Counted from the first letter of the stretch, positions 19,359 through 30,649 are shown. The stretch is 64,000 nucleotides of DNA from a virus (IMGVR_UViG_3300042485_001470:1-64000), one strand, 5' to 3'. The notes: generated by a model not told the origin, from the letters alone. Numbers and translations are program-made.

Positions 19359-22300
19359 ATGGCAATTAGTAATCTATTAACAGGAAGGGTAAGGGTAGTT
19401 TCACCTAAAAATGTAACATCGGAAAGGTATCAGTTTTTGGATTTATCCCAAGCTGAACCAAATTTAGGTGTCCCAAATTTCTCCGCATCACTTTCTGGTT
19501 CTCCAGCTATTGTAGTATCGGATGACCAGGGTAATAGAGCATTTGTACGAAGTTTGGACTTAGATAGAGCAACTGGAGCATTTACAGGCTCATTTACTGG
19601 TTCATTTACTGGTTCTTATTTTGGAGATGGTTCTCAATTATTTAATTTACCTGGAGCAACATTTATAGCAAGTGGTTCGGCAACAGCATCATTTCAACAA
19701 GGTGATTTATTAATTAACACAAACACTAGAGTTCAGGGTGACCTTTACGTTGATGATACAATTTATGCAGAAAGTTTAATTGTAAGTTATATATCATCTT
19801 CGGTAATATATTCATCTGGTTCAAACGTTTTTGGTGATAATTATAATGATACGCAACAATTTACTGGTTCTGTATTAGTTAGTTCATCTATTATTGTAAA
19901 TGATATAACTGCATCTCAATCAATTAGTGGTTCATTCACGGGTTCTTTCTTTGGAGATGGTAGAGATATATTCAATTTACCACAAGCTACTAGATTAGTA
20001 ACAGGTTCGGTAACGGCATCAGTAACACCCGAAGATGGATTTAAAGTAGTTTCAATTGATAGTGGTTCAACTTTTACTGGTTCTCTTTTTGTAAGTGGAA
20101 ATATGACCATACCGTCTGGTAGTGGTTTCTTTAGTGGTAGTGGTGAGGGATTATTCAATATTCCATTATCTGCACTTAATATAGACTCATTAGTAGCTAG
20201 TAGAATTGCAAGTGGTAGCGTTACGGCATCAGTTTCTCCAACCGAAGGATTTAAAGTATTATCGGTTGCAAGTGGTTCAACTTTCACTGGTTCTCTTTTT
20301 GTAAGTGGAAACGTTGTAATACCATCTGGTAGTGGATTCTTTAGTGGTAGTGGTGAAGGATTATTTAACATACCTTTATCTGCACTTAATATTGATTCGT
20401 TGGTATCAACTGAATTGGCAAGTGGTAGTGTAACGGCATCCGTTTCACCTGTATTTGGTTTTAGAGTTGCATCACAAGAAAGTGGTTCTCAATTTACTGG
20501 TTCGATTAATATAAGTGGAAGTTTATTTGTAAGTCCTTTTAGTGGTTCACTACAATTAGCATCTGGTTCAAATTACTATGGTGAGGGACAGTATTTAAGA
20601 AACATACCTCGTTCGGCATTAACTGAAGATGCATTAATATCAAATGAAATTAAATCTGGTTCGATAACGGCATCGGTATCTCCTGATTTTGGATTTAAAG
20701 TACAAACTCCATTTACAGGCTCACAAATTGGTTCTCAATTCACTGGAAGTGTTGATGTAAGTGGAAGTGTTAAAGCATTTACATTTATTGGAGATGGTTC
20801 TCAATTAACAAATGTACAAGCAGCAGCTGCACCTAGAATAGAATCTGGTTCGGTAACTGCGTCTGTTTCACCTAATTTTGGATTTAGAGTAGAATCTGCA
20901 CAAAGCGGTTCTGAATTTACGGGTTCAATTGAAGTAAGTGGTTCTATATTCTTAAATTCGGGTTCTTTTTATTCTGGTAGTGGTGAAAGATTATTTAATA
21001 TACCAAGAGCAGCTTTAACACCAGACGCTTTGTTGAGTGTTGAGATTAAAAGTGGTAGTGTAACTGCATCGGTTTCTCCTCAATTTGGATTTAGAGTTGA
21101 ATCTGCGGATAGTGGTTCTGAATTTACTGGTAGTGTTGATATAAGCGGTTCTATATTCTTAAACTCTGGGTCTTTTTATTCTGGTAGTGGTAGGGGATTA
21201 TTTGATATACCTCGTTCAGCACTTGCTCCTGATGCACTTATATCAAATTTAATTGCAAGTGGTTCGGTTACTGCATCAGTAACTCCTGATTTCGGATTTA
21301 CAGTAGATTCATTAGAAAGTGGTTCTAGATTTACAGGTTCTCTTTTTGTAAGTGGAAATATTGAAATTCTTACTGGTTCATTTAGTGGTAGTGGTAAGAA
21401 TTTAAGAGAAATTCCATTAACAGCTATACCTGATTTAGACCTTTCAAAAATTGGTAGTGGTTCGGTAACAGCATCGATTAGACCTAATGAAGGATTTAGA
21501 GTAAATACATTCTCTACATTTACTGGTAGTATGCTAATATCGGCATCGGCTATATATCTACCAAGCGAATCAATACAAACTGTATTTAACGTAACTAATA
21601 GTGGAATTAGTCAGTATGTTTTTAGCGGAGCAGCTATTGGTACTAACCCAACATTAACTTTAGTAAGAGGTATTACTTATACCTTTAACGTAAATGCACC
21701 TGGTCATCCATTTTGGATTAAAACAATACAAACAACTGGTACTGGAGATGCATATAGTACTGGTGTAACAAATAATGGTGATGATGTTGGTGTAATTACA
21801 TTTACACCAGCCAACGATTCACCATCACGATTATATTATATTTGTCAAAATCATTCAGCGATGAATGGTGTGATTGATATAGTAGATGGTATATTACAAA
21901 GAGGTCCTGATGTTACAATTAGTGGTAGTTTATTCGTAAGTGATAGAATTGTAGCAAGAGAAGTAACGGCATCAATAAGTGCATCTTATATTCAAGGTGA
22001 TGGTGCTGGATTATTTAATATACCACGTTCGGCATTCACTGGTGATTCATTTAGAATCGCATCTGGTTCTGTAACTGCATCTGTTTCTCCTGTATTTGGA
22101 TTTAAAGTAGAATCTACTGAAAGAGGTTCTGAACTTTCTGGAAGTGTTAAAGTAAGTGGTTCAATCGTTGCATCATCTGTAACGGCTGTATCAATGAGTG
22201 CATTTGATATAAGTGGTTCTTTCCAGGGTGATGGTAGTAGATTAACCAATATTGTAATTCCACCATTGGAAACTACACAAATAGCTAGTGGTTCGGTAAC

Positions 22301-25300
22301 CGCATCGGCTATACCTGATAAAGGATTTGTTGTATTTTCACCAACCAATGGTTCACAATTTACAGGTTCTATTTTTATAAGTGGTAGTAGAGGTGTTGAA
22401 CTTACGTCTGGTTCATCTTTTAGTGGTAGTGGTGCTAGGTTATTCGATATTCCTAGAACTGCATTGGCGCCGGACGCATTGGATACAAATAGAATTCTTT
22501 CTGGTTCGGTAACAGCATCGGTAACTCCTGATTTTGGATTTAGAGTTCAATCAACTGAAAAGGGTTCACAATTTAGTGGTTCATTATTCCTAAGTGGGTC
22601 TGTATTTTTAAGAACTGGTTCATTTAGTGGTAGTGGTAGACAATTATTTGATATACCAGTAGCTGCACTTTCTGATTTAGATACATCAAAAATATTTAGT
22701 GGTTCTGTAACTGCATCTGTATCTCCAAACTTTGGATTTGTAGTAACATCAGTAGCAAGCGGTTCTACAATTAACGGAAGTTTAGTAGTAAGTGGAAGTA
22801 CTAGATTTAGAATGGGAGTATCCGCATCAGTATTTAGTGGTAGTGGTGCTGGTTTAACCGATATTCCATTTTCAGCACTTTCTCAAGAATTATTTAGAAT
22901 CGCAAGTGGTTCTGTAACAGCTTCGGCATTGCCTGATAGAGGTTTTGTAGTTGAATCTGAATTGGTAGGTTCTGAATTTACTGGTAGTGTTGATATAAGT
23001 GGTAGTTTAATAATAACGGCAACTTCAGGCGCATTGGTATTAGGTTCATCATCCGCATACTATGGTGAAGGTACTTATTTAAGAAATATTCCTAGAAATG
23101 CTCTTAGTGAAGATGCATTAATATCAACTGAAATCAAATCAGGTTCAGTAACGGCATCGGTATCACCTAACTTTGGATTTGTAGTAAAATCGGCAGAAAG
23201 CGGTTCTGAATTTACTGGTTCGATTGATGTAAGTGGAAGTGTAACTGTAAAGAGTGGTTCATTCTTTATTGGTGATGGTAGATTCCTTAACAATATTACA
23301 CTTGCTAACTTAGCAATTGATTCAACAAAAATATTTAGTGGAAGTGCAACTGCATCAATATCACCGAGCGAAGGATTTAAAGTAAATACTCATTCTAGAT
23401 TTGATGGTAGTTTTATAGTATCATCATCAACAAGACCTACTCCTGATTATTTGTTAAATACTACATTTTTAGTAACAAATGATGGAAGTAGTGCTTATAA
23501 TATAAGTGATACAATAATAAGTGGTTCTAATCCAACAATAACTTTAGTAAAAGGAGTAACTTATACTTTCAATGTAAATGCATCTGGACATCCATTCTAC
23601 ATTAAGACAGTAAATTCAATTGGAACTGCAAACGCATATAATACTGGTGTAACAAATAATGGTGATGATGTTGGGGTAATAATTTTTACACCACCATCTG
23701 ATGCACCTAACGTATTATATTATAACTGCCAACTACATTCATCTATGTTTGGTGTGATTAATATAGTTGATGAAATCACAACACCAGCAACAATCCAATT
23801 TATTGGAAATACTAAAATAGAAGGTAATTTAACGGCATCTATGTTTAGCGGTAGTGGTAGAGGGTTATTTGATATACCTCGTTCTGCCATAACAGAAGAT
23901 TCGGTTAGAATAGCAAGTGGTAGTGTAACTGCGTCTGTATCACCTGAAAGTGGATTTTTAGTTGAGTCTGTTATTAGTGGTTCTACGTTTAGTGGTAGTG
24001 TTGTTGTATCGGGTAGTATGTTCTTGAACTTTACGTCTGGTGCACTTTATATAGATTCATCCTCTGGACTTTATTCGGATGGACAATTCTTAAGAAACAT
24101 ACCTAGGTCAGCATTAACTGAAGATGCGTTAATATCTACTGAAATTAAGAGCGGTAGCGTAACAGCATCAGTAGCACCTGATTATGGATTTAGAGTAATA
24201 ACCGATTCAACTTCATCAATTGATGAATTTGGTGTATATACTACACAAATTGGTTCTAGATTTACTGGTAGTGTTGATGTAAGTGGTAGTTTATTTATAA
24301 ATGAAGTTAGTGGAGCAATATATTTACAATCATCTTCAAATTATTATGGTGAAGGTAGGTATCTAAGAAATATACCTAGGTCAGCACTAACGGAAGATGC
24401 ACTTATTAGTACTGAAATAAAATCAGGTTCAGTAACCGCATCGGTAACACCTGATGAAGGATTTAGAGTTATTACTGATAGAACTGGTTCACAAATTGGT
24501 TCTCAATTTACTGGTTCTGTTAATATAAGTGGTTCTCTTATTTCAGATGATGTAACTGCTAGAGGGTTCTTCTTTGGAGATGGTAGATTTATTACCAATG
24601 TACAAGCGGCAGCAGCACCTTTAATAGCTAGTGGTTCAGCAACCGCATCAGTAGCAAGTGGAGAATCATTTGTAGTAATAACCTCAAAAACAGGTTCGCA
24701 AATTGGTTCTGAATTTACTGGTTCGATTGGAGTAAGTGGTTCGGTTTCCGCATTTGATGTAACATCAACTGGATTCTTTTTTGGTGATGGTAGATTTATC
24801 ACTAATGTAGTAGCAACCGCAGCACCATTCATAGCTAGTGGTTCAGCAACGGCATCGGTAGCAAACGGATTTGATTTTAGAGTAATAACTGCAGCAACTG
24901 GTTCGGAAGTTGGTTCTGAATTTACTGGTTCGGTTTCTGTAAGTGGTTCATTGACCGCTGATGATTTAACGGCAAGAGGATTCCTTTTTGGTGATGGTAG
25001 ATTCATTACCAATGTACAAGCAGCAGCAGCTCCGTTGATAGCAAGTGGTTCGGCAACTGCATCCGTACAAAGCGGTGATACTTTTAGAGTAGTAACTGCA
25101 CCTTTATCTGGTTCATATCGTTCTCAATTCACATCATCCGTAGCAATTAGTGGTTCAATAACTGCATCTATTTACTTTGGTGATGGTGGCGGATTATTTA
25201 ACATTCCACCTGATGCGATTGAAAATTTAGAGTTAGCTAAAATTAACTCTGGGTCTGGATTTGCACAAATTGACCCTACTAAGTTAGAAGTAAACGTACC

Positions 25301-28300
25301 AATAACAGCATCTCGTTACGATGGAGATGGTAGTGGATTATTTAACATTCCACCTGAAGCGTTGGATGACCTTAAGATTGATAGAATTCAATCTGGTTCG
25401 TTTGAAGCCGTAATTTCTCCAAATAGAGGATTGGAAATTGGAACTAGAACATTCGTGTCTGGTAACTTAAGTGTTAGTGGTGGATTATTTGTGACTGGTG
25501 GAAATGTAACTGTATCTTCTGGTTCATCGTTTATTGGTGATGGTAGTGGTTTGACAAATATTAATATTGCAAACTTATCATTTGAAACATCTTTATTACA
25601 ATCAGGTTCGGCAATAGCTAGAATATCTCCAAATTTTGGATTTGTAGTAAATACATCATCTTTGATTGATGGTAATTTAGTAGTATCAAATAAAATAACT
25701 GCAAGTAATTTAATATTTGCACCATTATTTACTGGTTCTTTCTTAGGTACTTATAATTTCCAAGGAGTAGGTCCTACCGCATCCGCAGAATATGATATTT
25801 TAAGATTTGATACTGATAGAGGATATTTTGTACCTCAACCTGAAACATCATTAACTGAAACTGTATCATTCAATAGTGTAAGCGATTTAACTATCGTACA
25901 CAACTTGGGAATTAGATACCCAATGGTACAGGTATATGCAACTGGTTCTGAAGACCAATTATTGCCTGGTCAAATTATTTCAATTGATGATGACACAATC
26001 CAAATTAAATTTGCTGGATTAACATCTGGACATGTTGTAATTGGTAGTGGTGGTTCTCTAATTAATGGAACAATAAATGGTGATAGAGTATTTGGACCAG
26101 TACTATCAGCATCTTATGCAGTAACTGCGGAATTTGCAAAAACTGTAGCTGGATTTGATTCGGCATCATTAGCAAATTTATCAGCATCATTGAGTGATAC
26201 TGCTCAATATGTAAGAAATAATCAAACATCATCAATGTCTGTATTTAGTGCAGTAAGTTCTTCTTACGCATTAACTGCATCTTATATTGAAAATTTAAGT
26301 GGATTAAATCTAACTGATTATGTAAGAAATGATAGAACATCATCAATGACAGTTTTATCAGCATCATTCGCTAGAACGGCATCTTACGCATTATTCGCAC
26401 AAAATGCATCAAATGTAGATACAACAAACTTTGTTCAGAATTCACAAACTGCATCAATGTTGGTTGGTACTGCTTCATTAGCATATACTGCATCTTACGC
26501 TCTTTACGCTCTAAATGCGGAAGGAGTAAATACGGCATCATTCTTACAAGTAAATAAAGACAGTAGTATTAACGCAAACTTAACTGTTAGTGGAAGTTTG
26601 GGAGTTAGTGGTAGTTTATTATTACAAAGTTTACAAACTGGTTCATCCGAAGATGTTGTAATTTGGAATAGTGTAACAAAGAAATTAGAAAGAAGAAATA
26701 TAGTAGCGGCAGTTGGTTCTTCTGGAACTGGTGGTACTTCTGGGTTAGATGGTACTGCTGGTTCATCTGGTTCTTCTGGAACTAGCGGAACATCTGGTTC
26801 TTCTGGAACAAGTGGTACTTCTGGTTCTGCTGGAAGTAGTGGAAGTAGTGGTACAAGCGGACAAGATGGTTCTTCTGGTTCTTCTGGAAGTAGCGGTAGT
26901 AGTGGTTCGAGTGGTAGCAGTGGTTCTTCTGGAAGTAGTGGAAGTAGTGGTTCAAGCGGTAGCAGTGGAACAAGCGGTAGTAGTGGAACGAGTGGTAGTA
27001 GTGGAACGAGTGGTACAACTGGTTCAAGTGGTACTTCTGGTAGCAGTGGTACTTCTGGTAGTAGTGGTTCAAGCGGTTCGAGTGGTAGCAGTGGTTCAAG
27101 CGGTACTACTGGGTCATCTGGCTCTTCTGGTTCATCAGGAAGTAGTGGAAGTAGTGGAAGTTCTGGAACAAGCGGTACATCTGGTACATCTGGTACATCA
27201 GGAACGTCTGGCACATCGGGAACTTCTGGAACATCTGGTTCAAGTGGAAGTGGTGGTTCATCGGGAACTTCTGGTACAAGCGGAACATCAGGAACATCAG
27301 GCTCTTCTGGTTCATCCGGCTCATCTGGTAGTGGTGGAACTTCTGGTAGTGGTGGAACAAGTGGTTCATCTGGAAGTGGTGGCACAAGCGGAAGCGGTGG
27401 AACATCAGGAACTTCTGGTACAAGCGGAAGTGGCGGAACTTCTGGTTCAAGCGGAAGTGGAGGAACTTCTGGTAGTGGTGGAACGACTGGTTCTGCTGGT
27501 ACATCAGGAACTTCTGGGTCTTCAGCAACAGCTGGTACTGGTGGTACATCTGGTACTTCTGGAACAAGCGGAACTTCTGGAACAAGCGGAAGTGGAGGTA
27601 CATCGGGCACAAGCGGAAGTGGTGGTACATCGGGTACTTCTGGTAGTGATGGTTTGAGTGGAACTTCGGGAACTTCTGGTACGTCTGGTACAAGTGGTAG
27701 TGGTGGTACATCGGGAACTTCTGGTACAAGTGGCACAACGGGCTCGGCAGGTACATCAGGAACTTCTGGTTCATCTGGAAGTAGTGGTACATCGGGTACA
27801 AGTGGTGAAGATGGAACTTCTGGAACTAGTGGAAGTAGTGGAAGTAGTGGAACATCAGGTACAACAGGTAGTAGCGGAACTTCTGGTTCTTCTGGAACAT
27901 CTGGGTCATCTGGAAGTAGTGGTTCTTCTGGAAGTAGTGGTACTTCTGGTACTACGGGTTCAAGCGGTACTTCTGGAACTAGCGGTACGTCTGGTACAAG
28001 CGGAACGGATGGTACAAGTGGTACATCTGGGTCAAGCGGTAGTAGTGGTACTTCTGGTACAACAGGTTCATCTGGGTCAAGCGGTAGCAGCGGTACATCG
28101 GGTACAAGCGGAACGGATGGTACAAGTGGTACATCTGGTTCTGCTGGAAGTAGTGGAACATCCGGAACAAATGGTTCGGCTGGAACATCAGGTTCGTCTG
28201 GTTCAAGTGGTACATCTGGAACTGATGGTACAAGTGGTTCAAGTGGTTCTTCGGGAACTTCTGGTTCAACTGGAACTGATGGAACTTCTGGAACAACAGG

Positions 28301-30638
28301 TTCTGATGGAACTTCTGGAACAAGTGGTTCTGATGGTAGCAGTGGAACAAGCGGAACTTCTGGAACAAGCGGAACTTCTGGTTCAACTGGAACTGATGGA
28401 ACTTCTGGAACAACAGGTTCTTCTGGAACTTCGGGAATAGATGGTACATCTGGAAGTAGTGGTACAAATGGAACTACTGGTACTGCTGGTAGTAGTGGTA
28501 CAAGTGGTACGCAAGGAACGTCTGGTTCTGATGGTACTTCTGGTTCATCTGGAACAAGTGGTTTGGATGGTACATATTTTGGTAGTAGTGGAACAAGCGG
28601 AAGTTCAGGAAGTAGTGGTACTTCAGGCACAAGCGGTACTTCAGGAACAAGCGGAACTTCTGGATTGGATGGAACTTTCTTTGGTAGTAGTGGTACTTCT
28701 GGTAGTGAAGGTTCTTCTGGAACTTCTGGTAGTGGAGGTTCTTCTGGAACTTCTGGTTCAACTGGTACTGGAGGAACTTCGGGAACAACTGGTACATCTG
28801 GTTCTTCTGGATTAAATGGTACATTCTTTGGTACAAACGGAACAAGCGGAACTTCTGGGACAAGTGGAACAAGTGGTTCATCGGGTTCAACTGGTACAGC
28901 TGGTTCATCGGGTACTTCTGGTATATCTGGTAGTTCTGGATTGGATGGAACGTTCTTTGGTTCTTCTGGAACGTCAGGAACTTCTGGTTCTAATGGAACT
29001 TCTGGTTCAACTGGTACTGCTGGTTCAAGCGGAAGTAGTGGTACATCTGGTACTTCTGGATTGGATGGAACTTTCTTCGGTTCAAGTGGAAGTAGTGGTA
29101 GTGCTGGTTCATCAGGAACTTCTGGTGCTGGTTCAAGTGGTAGCAGTGGTTCTTCTGGAAGTAGTGGTACAAGTGGTTTAGATGGTACATTATTTGGTTC
29201 AAGCGGAAGTAGTGGTTCATCGGGAACTTCTGGAGCCGGAACTTCTGGTAGTAGTGGTAGTACGGGTTCGTCTGGTTCAGCTGGTACTTCTGGTTTAGAT
29301 GGTACATTCTTTGGAAGTAGTGGTACAAGTGGATTGTCTGGTACTAATGGAAGTACAGGAACTGCTGGTTCTTCTGGTACTTCTGGTATTAGTGGTACAA
29401 ATGGTACTTCTGGAACTTCTGGTTTTGATGGTACATTCTTTGGAAGTAGTGGTACATCGGGTAGTTCTGGAACAAGCGGAACTTCTGGTTCAACTGGTAC
29501 TGATGGTACAACAGGTTCAGCAGGTACTTCTGGTATTTCTGGAACAAGTGGATTTGACGGTACATTCTTTGGTTCATCAGGAACTTCTGGTACTTCTGGT
29601 ACTTCTGGTTCAACTGGTACTGCTGGTTCTTCTGGTTCAACTGGTACTGATGGTACTTCTGGTATTTCTGGAACAAGTGGATTTGACGGTACATATTTTG
29701 GTTCGTCTGGAACATCAGGAACTTCTGGTTCTAATGGAACTTCTGGTTCAACTGGTACTGATGGAACTTCTGGTTCAACTGGTACAAATGGAACAAGTGG
29801 AAGTAGCGGTTTAAATGGTACATTCTTTGGAAGTAGTGGTACTAGTGGAGCTAATGGTTCTACTGGAGTAGCTGGTACTTCTGGTACTTCTGGTACAACA
29901 CCTCCAAACTTTACGTCTGGAACTTCTGGAAGTGGAGGTACATCCGGCATAACAGGAACTTCTGGTACTTCTGGTACAACACCTCCAAACTTTACATCTG
30001 GAACAAGTGGAAGTTCCGGACAAACTGGTACTTCTGGTACTTCTGGTACAACTCCGCCTAACTTTACATCTGGAACAAGTGGAAGTGGTGGCACATCAGG
30101 ACAAACTGGTACATCAGGAACTTCTGGTACAACACCTCCAAACTTTACGTCTGGAACTTCTGGTACAAATGGATTTAGTTTAAATGGTACAACCAATAAT
30201 GGATTACTTACATATCAAGATGTTCCTGTTGCGGCTTTTGTTGAAAGTAATTTAACATTTGATGGTACTACTTTATCCATAACAGGAAACATAGTATCTT
30301 CTACACATATAACTTCAACTACATTTAGAGAAACTTATATTGATTTAGGAACTGGAACAAGCGCAACATTAGACCTATCAACAGCAAATAATTTTAGAAG
30401 ACAATTTAGTGGTACATCTACATTAACATTCTCAAACCCACCTGCCTCAAATGCATTTGGATTTACATTTACAATGATAAACGCTGGTGGTTATTCAATA
30501 ACTTGGCCTGCTAGTGTAGATTGGGTTAATGGAAGTGCTCCAATATTAACATCAATTGGTACTGATGTATTATCATTCTTTACATTTAATGGTGGTACAA
30601 CTTATTACGGATTTGTAGTTGGAAAAAATATGAGTTAA
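19359..30638 (+). CDS. Giant tail-fibre-like protein (3759 aa): SGSVTASVSP repeats, two cupredoxin-like domains, ~1150-aa Gly-X-X tract, C-terminal fibre domain
   Basis: Repeated IASGSVTASVSP.FGF.V...SGS.FTGS and G(D/S)G..LFNIP units; C-terminal LDLSTANNF...ITWPASVDW..GSAP.L...GTDVLSF. Confidence 0.8.
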   Translation: MAISNLLTGRVRVVSPKNVTSERYQFLDLSQAEPNLGVPNFSASLSGSPAIVVSDDQGNRAFVRSLDLDRATGAFTGSFTGSFTGSYFGDGSQLFNLPGATFIASGSATASFQQGDLLINTNTRVQGDLYVDDTIYAESLIVSYISSSVIYSSGSNVFGDNYNDTQQFTGSVLVSSSIIVNDITASQSISGSFTGSFFGDGRDIFNLPQATRLVTGSVTASVTPEDGFKVVSIDSGSTFTGSLFVSGNMTIPSGSGFFSGSGEGLFNIPLSALNIDSLVASRIASGSVTASVSPTEGFKVLSVASGSTFTGSLFVSGNVVIPSGSGFFSGSGEGLFNIPLSALNIDSLVSTELASGSVTASVSPVFGFRVASQESGSQFTGSINISGSLFVSPFSGSLQLASGSNYYGEGQYLRNIPRSALTEDALISNEIKSGSITASVSPDFGFKVQTPFTGSQIGSQFTGSVDVSGSVKAFTFIGDGSQLTNVQAAAAPRIESGSVTASVSPNFGFRVESAQSGSEFTGSIEVSGSIFLNSGSFYSGSGERLFNIPRAALTPDALLSVEIKSGSVTASVSPQFGFRVESADSGSEFTGSVDISGSIFLNSGSFYSGSGRGLFDIPRSALAPDALISNLIASGSVTASVTPDFGFTVDSLESGSRFTGSLFVSGNIEILTGSFSGSGKNLREIPLTAIPDLDLSKIGSGSVTASIRPNEGFRVNTFSTFTGSMLISASAIYLPSESIQTVFNVTNSGISQYVFSGAAIGTNPTLTLVRGITYTFNVNAPGHPFWIKTIQTTGTGDAYSTGVTNNGDDVGVITFTPANDSPSRLYYICQNHSAMNGVIDIVDGILQRGPDVTISGSLFVSDRIVAREVTASISASYIQGDGAGLFNIPRSAFTGDSFRIASGSVTASVSPVFGFKVESTERGSELSGSVKVSGSIVASSVTAVSMSAFDISGSFQGDGSRLTNIVIPPLETTQIASGSVTASAIPDKGFVVFSPTNGSQFTGSIFISGSRGVELTSGSSFSGSGARLFDIPRTALAPDALDTNRILSGSVTASVTPDFGFRVQSTEKGSQFSGSLFLSGSVFLRTGSFSGSGRQLFDIPVAALSDLDTSKIFSGSVTASVSPNFGFVVTSVASGSTINGSLVVSGSTRFRMGVSASVFSGSGAGLTDIPFSALSQELFRIASGSVTASALPDRGFVVESELVGSEFTGSVDISGSLIITATSGALVLGSSSAYYGEGTYLRNIPRNALSEDALISTEIKSGSVTASVSPNFGFVVKSAESGSEFTGSIDVSGSVTVKSGSFFIGDGRFLNNITLANLAIDSTKIFSGSATASISPSEGFKVNTHSRFDGSFIVSSSTRPTPDYLLNTTFLVTNDGSSAYNISDTIISGSNPTITLVKGVTYTFNVNASGHPFYIKTVNSIGTANAYNTGVTNNGDDVGVIIFTPPSDAPNVLYYNCQLHSSMFGVINIVDEITTPATIQFIGNTKIEGNLTASMFSGSGRGLFDIPRSAITEDSVRIASGSVTASVSPESGFLVESVISGSTFSGSVVVSGSMFLNFTSGALYIDSSSGLYSDGQFLRNIPRSALTEDALISTEIKSGSVTASVAPDYGFRVITDSTSSIDEFGVYTTQIGSRFTGSVDVSGSLFINEVSGAIYLQSSSNYYGEGRYLRNIPRSALTEDALISTEIKSGSVTASVTPDEGFRVITDRTGSQIGSQFTGSVNISGSLISDDVTARGFFFGDGRFITNVQAAAAPLIASGSATASVASGESFVVITSKTGSQIGSEFTGSIGVSGSVSAFDVTSTGFFFGDGRFITNVVATAAPFIASGSATASVANGFDFRVITAATGSEVGSEFTGSVSVSGSLTADDLTARGFLFGDGRFITNVQAAAAPLIASGSATASVQSGDTFRVVTAPLSGSYRSQFTSSVAISGSITASIYFGDGGGLFNIPPDAIENLELAKINSGSGFAQIDPTKLEVNVPITASRYDGDGSGLFNIPPEALDDLKIDRIQSGSFEAVISPNRGLEIGTRTFVSGNLSVSGGLFVTGGNVTVSSGSSFIGDGSGLTNINIANLSFETSLLQSGSAIARISPNFGFVVNTSSLIDGNLVVSNKITASNLIFAPLFTGSFLGTYNFQGVGPTASAEYDILRFDTDRGYFVPQPETSLTETVSFNSVSDLTIVHNLGIRYPMVQVYATGSEDQLLPGQIISIDDDTIQIKFAGLTSGHVVIGSGGSLINGTINGDRVFGPVLSASYAVTAEFAKTVAGFDSASLANLSASLSDTAQYVRNNQTSSMSVFSAVSSSYALTASYIENLSGLNLTDYVRNDRTSSMTVLSASFARTASYALFAQNASNVDTTNFVQNSQTASMLVGTASLAYTASYALYALNAEGVNTASFLQVNKDSSINANLTVSGSLGVSGSLLLQSLQTGSSEDVVIWNSVTKKLERRNIVAAVGSSGTGGTSGLDGTAGSSGSSGTSGTSGSSGTSGTSGSAGSSGSSGTSGQDGSSGSSGSSGSSGSSGSSGSSGSSGSSGSSGSSGTSGSSGTSGSSGTSGTTGSSGTSGSSGTSGSSGSSGSSGSSGSSGTTGSSGSSGSSGSSGSSGSSGTSGTSGTSGTSGTSGTSGTSGTSGSSGSGGSSGTSGTSGTSGTSGSSGSSGSSGSGGTSGSGGTSGSSGSGGTSGSGGTSGTSGTSGSGGTSGSSGSGGTSGSGGTTGSAGTSGTSGSSATAGTGGTSGTSGTSGTSGTSGSGGTSGTSGSGGTSGTSGSDGLSGTSGTSGTSGTSGSGGTSGTSGTSGTTGSAGTSGTSGSSGSSGTSGTSGEDGTSGTSGSSGSSGTSGTTGSSGTSGSSGTSGSSGSSGSSGSSGTSGTTGSSGTSGTSGTSGTSGTDGTSGTSGSSGSSGTSGTTGSSGSSGSSGTSGTSGTDGTSGTSGSAGSSGTSGTNGSAGTSGSSGSSGTSGTDGTSGSSGSSGTSGSTGTDGTSGTTGSDGTSGTSGSDGSSGTSGTSGTSGTSGSTGTDGTSGTTGSSGTSGIDGTSGSSGTNGTTGTAGSSGTSGTQGTSGSDGTSGSSGTSGLDGTYFGSSGTSGSSGSSGTSGTSGTSGTSGTSGLDGTFFGSSGTSGSEGSSGTSGSGGSSGTSGSTGTGGTSGTTGTSGSSGLNGTFFGTNGTSGTSGTSGTSGSSGSTGTAGSSGTSGISGSSGLDGTFFGSSGTSGTSGSNGTSGSTGTAGSSGSSGTSGTSGLDGTFFGSSGSSGSAGSSGTSGAGSSGSSGSSGSSGTSGLDGTLFGSSGSSGSSGTSGAGTSGSSGSTGSSGSAGTSGLDGTFFGSSGTSGLSGTNGSTGTAGSSGTSGISGTNGTSGTSGFDGTFFGSSGTSGSSGTSGTSGSTGTDGTTGSAGTSGISGTSGFDGTFFGSSGTSGTSGTSGSTGTAGSSGSTGTDGTSGISGTSGFDGTYFGSSGTSGTSGSNGTSGSTGTDGTSGSTGTNGTSGSSGLNGTFFGSSGTSGANGSTGVAGTSGTSGTTPPNFTSGTSGSGGTSGITGTSGTSGTTPPNFTSGTSGSSGQTGTSGTSGTTPPNFTSGTSGSGGTSGQTGTSGTSGTTPPNFTSGTSGTNGFSLNGTTNNGLLTYQDVPVAAFVESNLTFDGTTLSITGNIVSSTHITSTTFRETYIDLGTGTSATLDLSTANNFRRQFSGTSTLTFSNPPASNAFGFTFTMINAGGYSITWPASVDWVNGSAPILTSIGTDVLSFFTFNGGTTYYGFVVGKNMS
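26714..30172 (+). repeat. Gly-(Ser/Thr)-(Ser/Thr/Gly) triplet tract with 11 G(L/F)(D/N)GT(F/Y/L)FG and 4 GTTPPNFTSG interruptions
   Basis: Direct translation; 9-bp periodic DNA (ggaacttct-like) with synonymous variation. Confidence 0.9.
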
Positions 30639-30649
30639 TAATTATAGTT

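Noticed and set aside
28200-29900. Ice-nucleation protein (GSTGTAG resembles InaZ repeats)
   Set aside because: Lacks the 16-residue AGYGSTxTA periodicity; similarity is explained by low complexity
26504-30196. 1230-aa minus-strand ORF (PEVP repeats) and nested alternative-frame ORFs
   Set aside because: Antisense and off-frame shadows of the Gly-Ser-Thr repeat, which lacks stops in those frames; no independent signals
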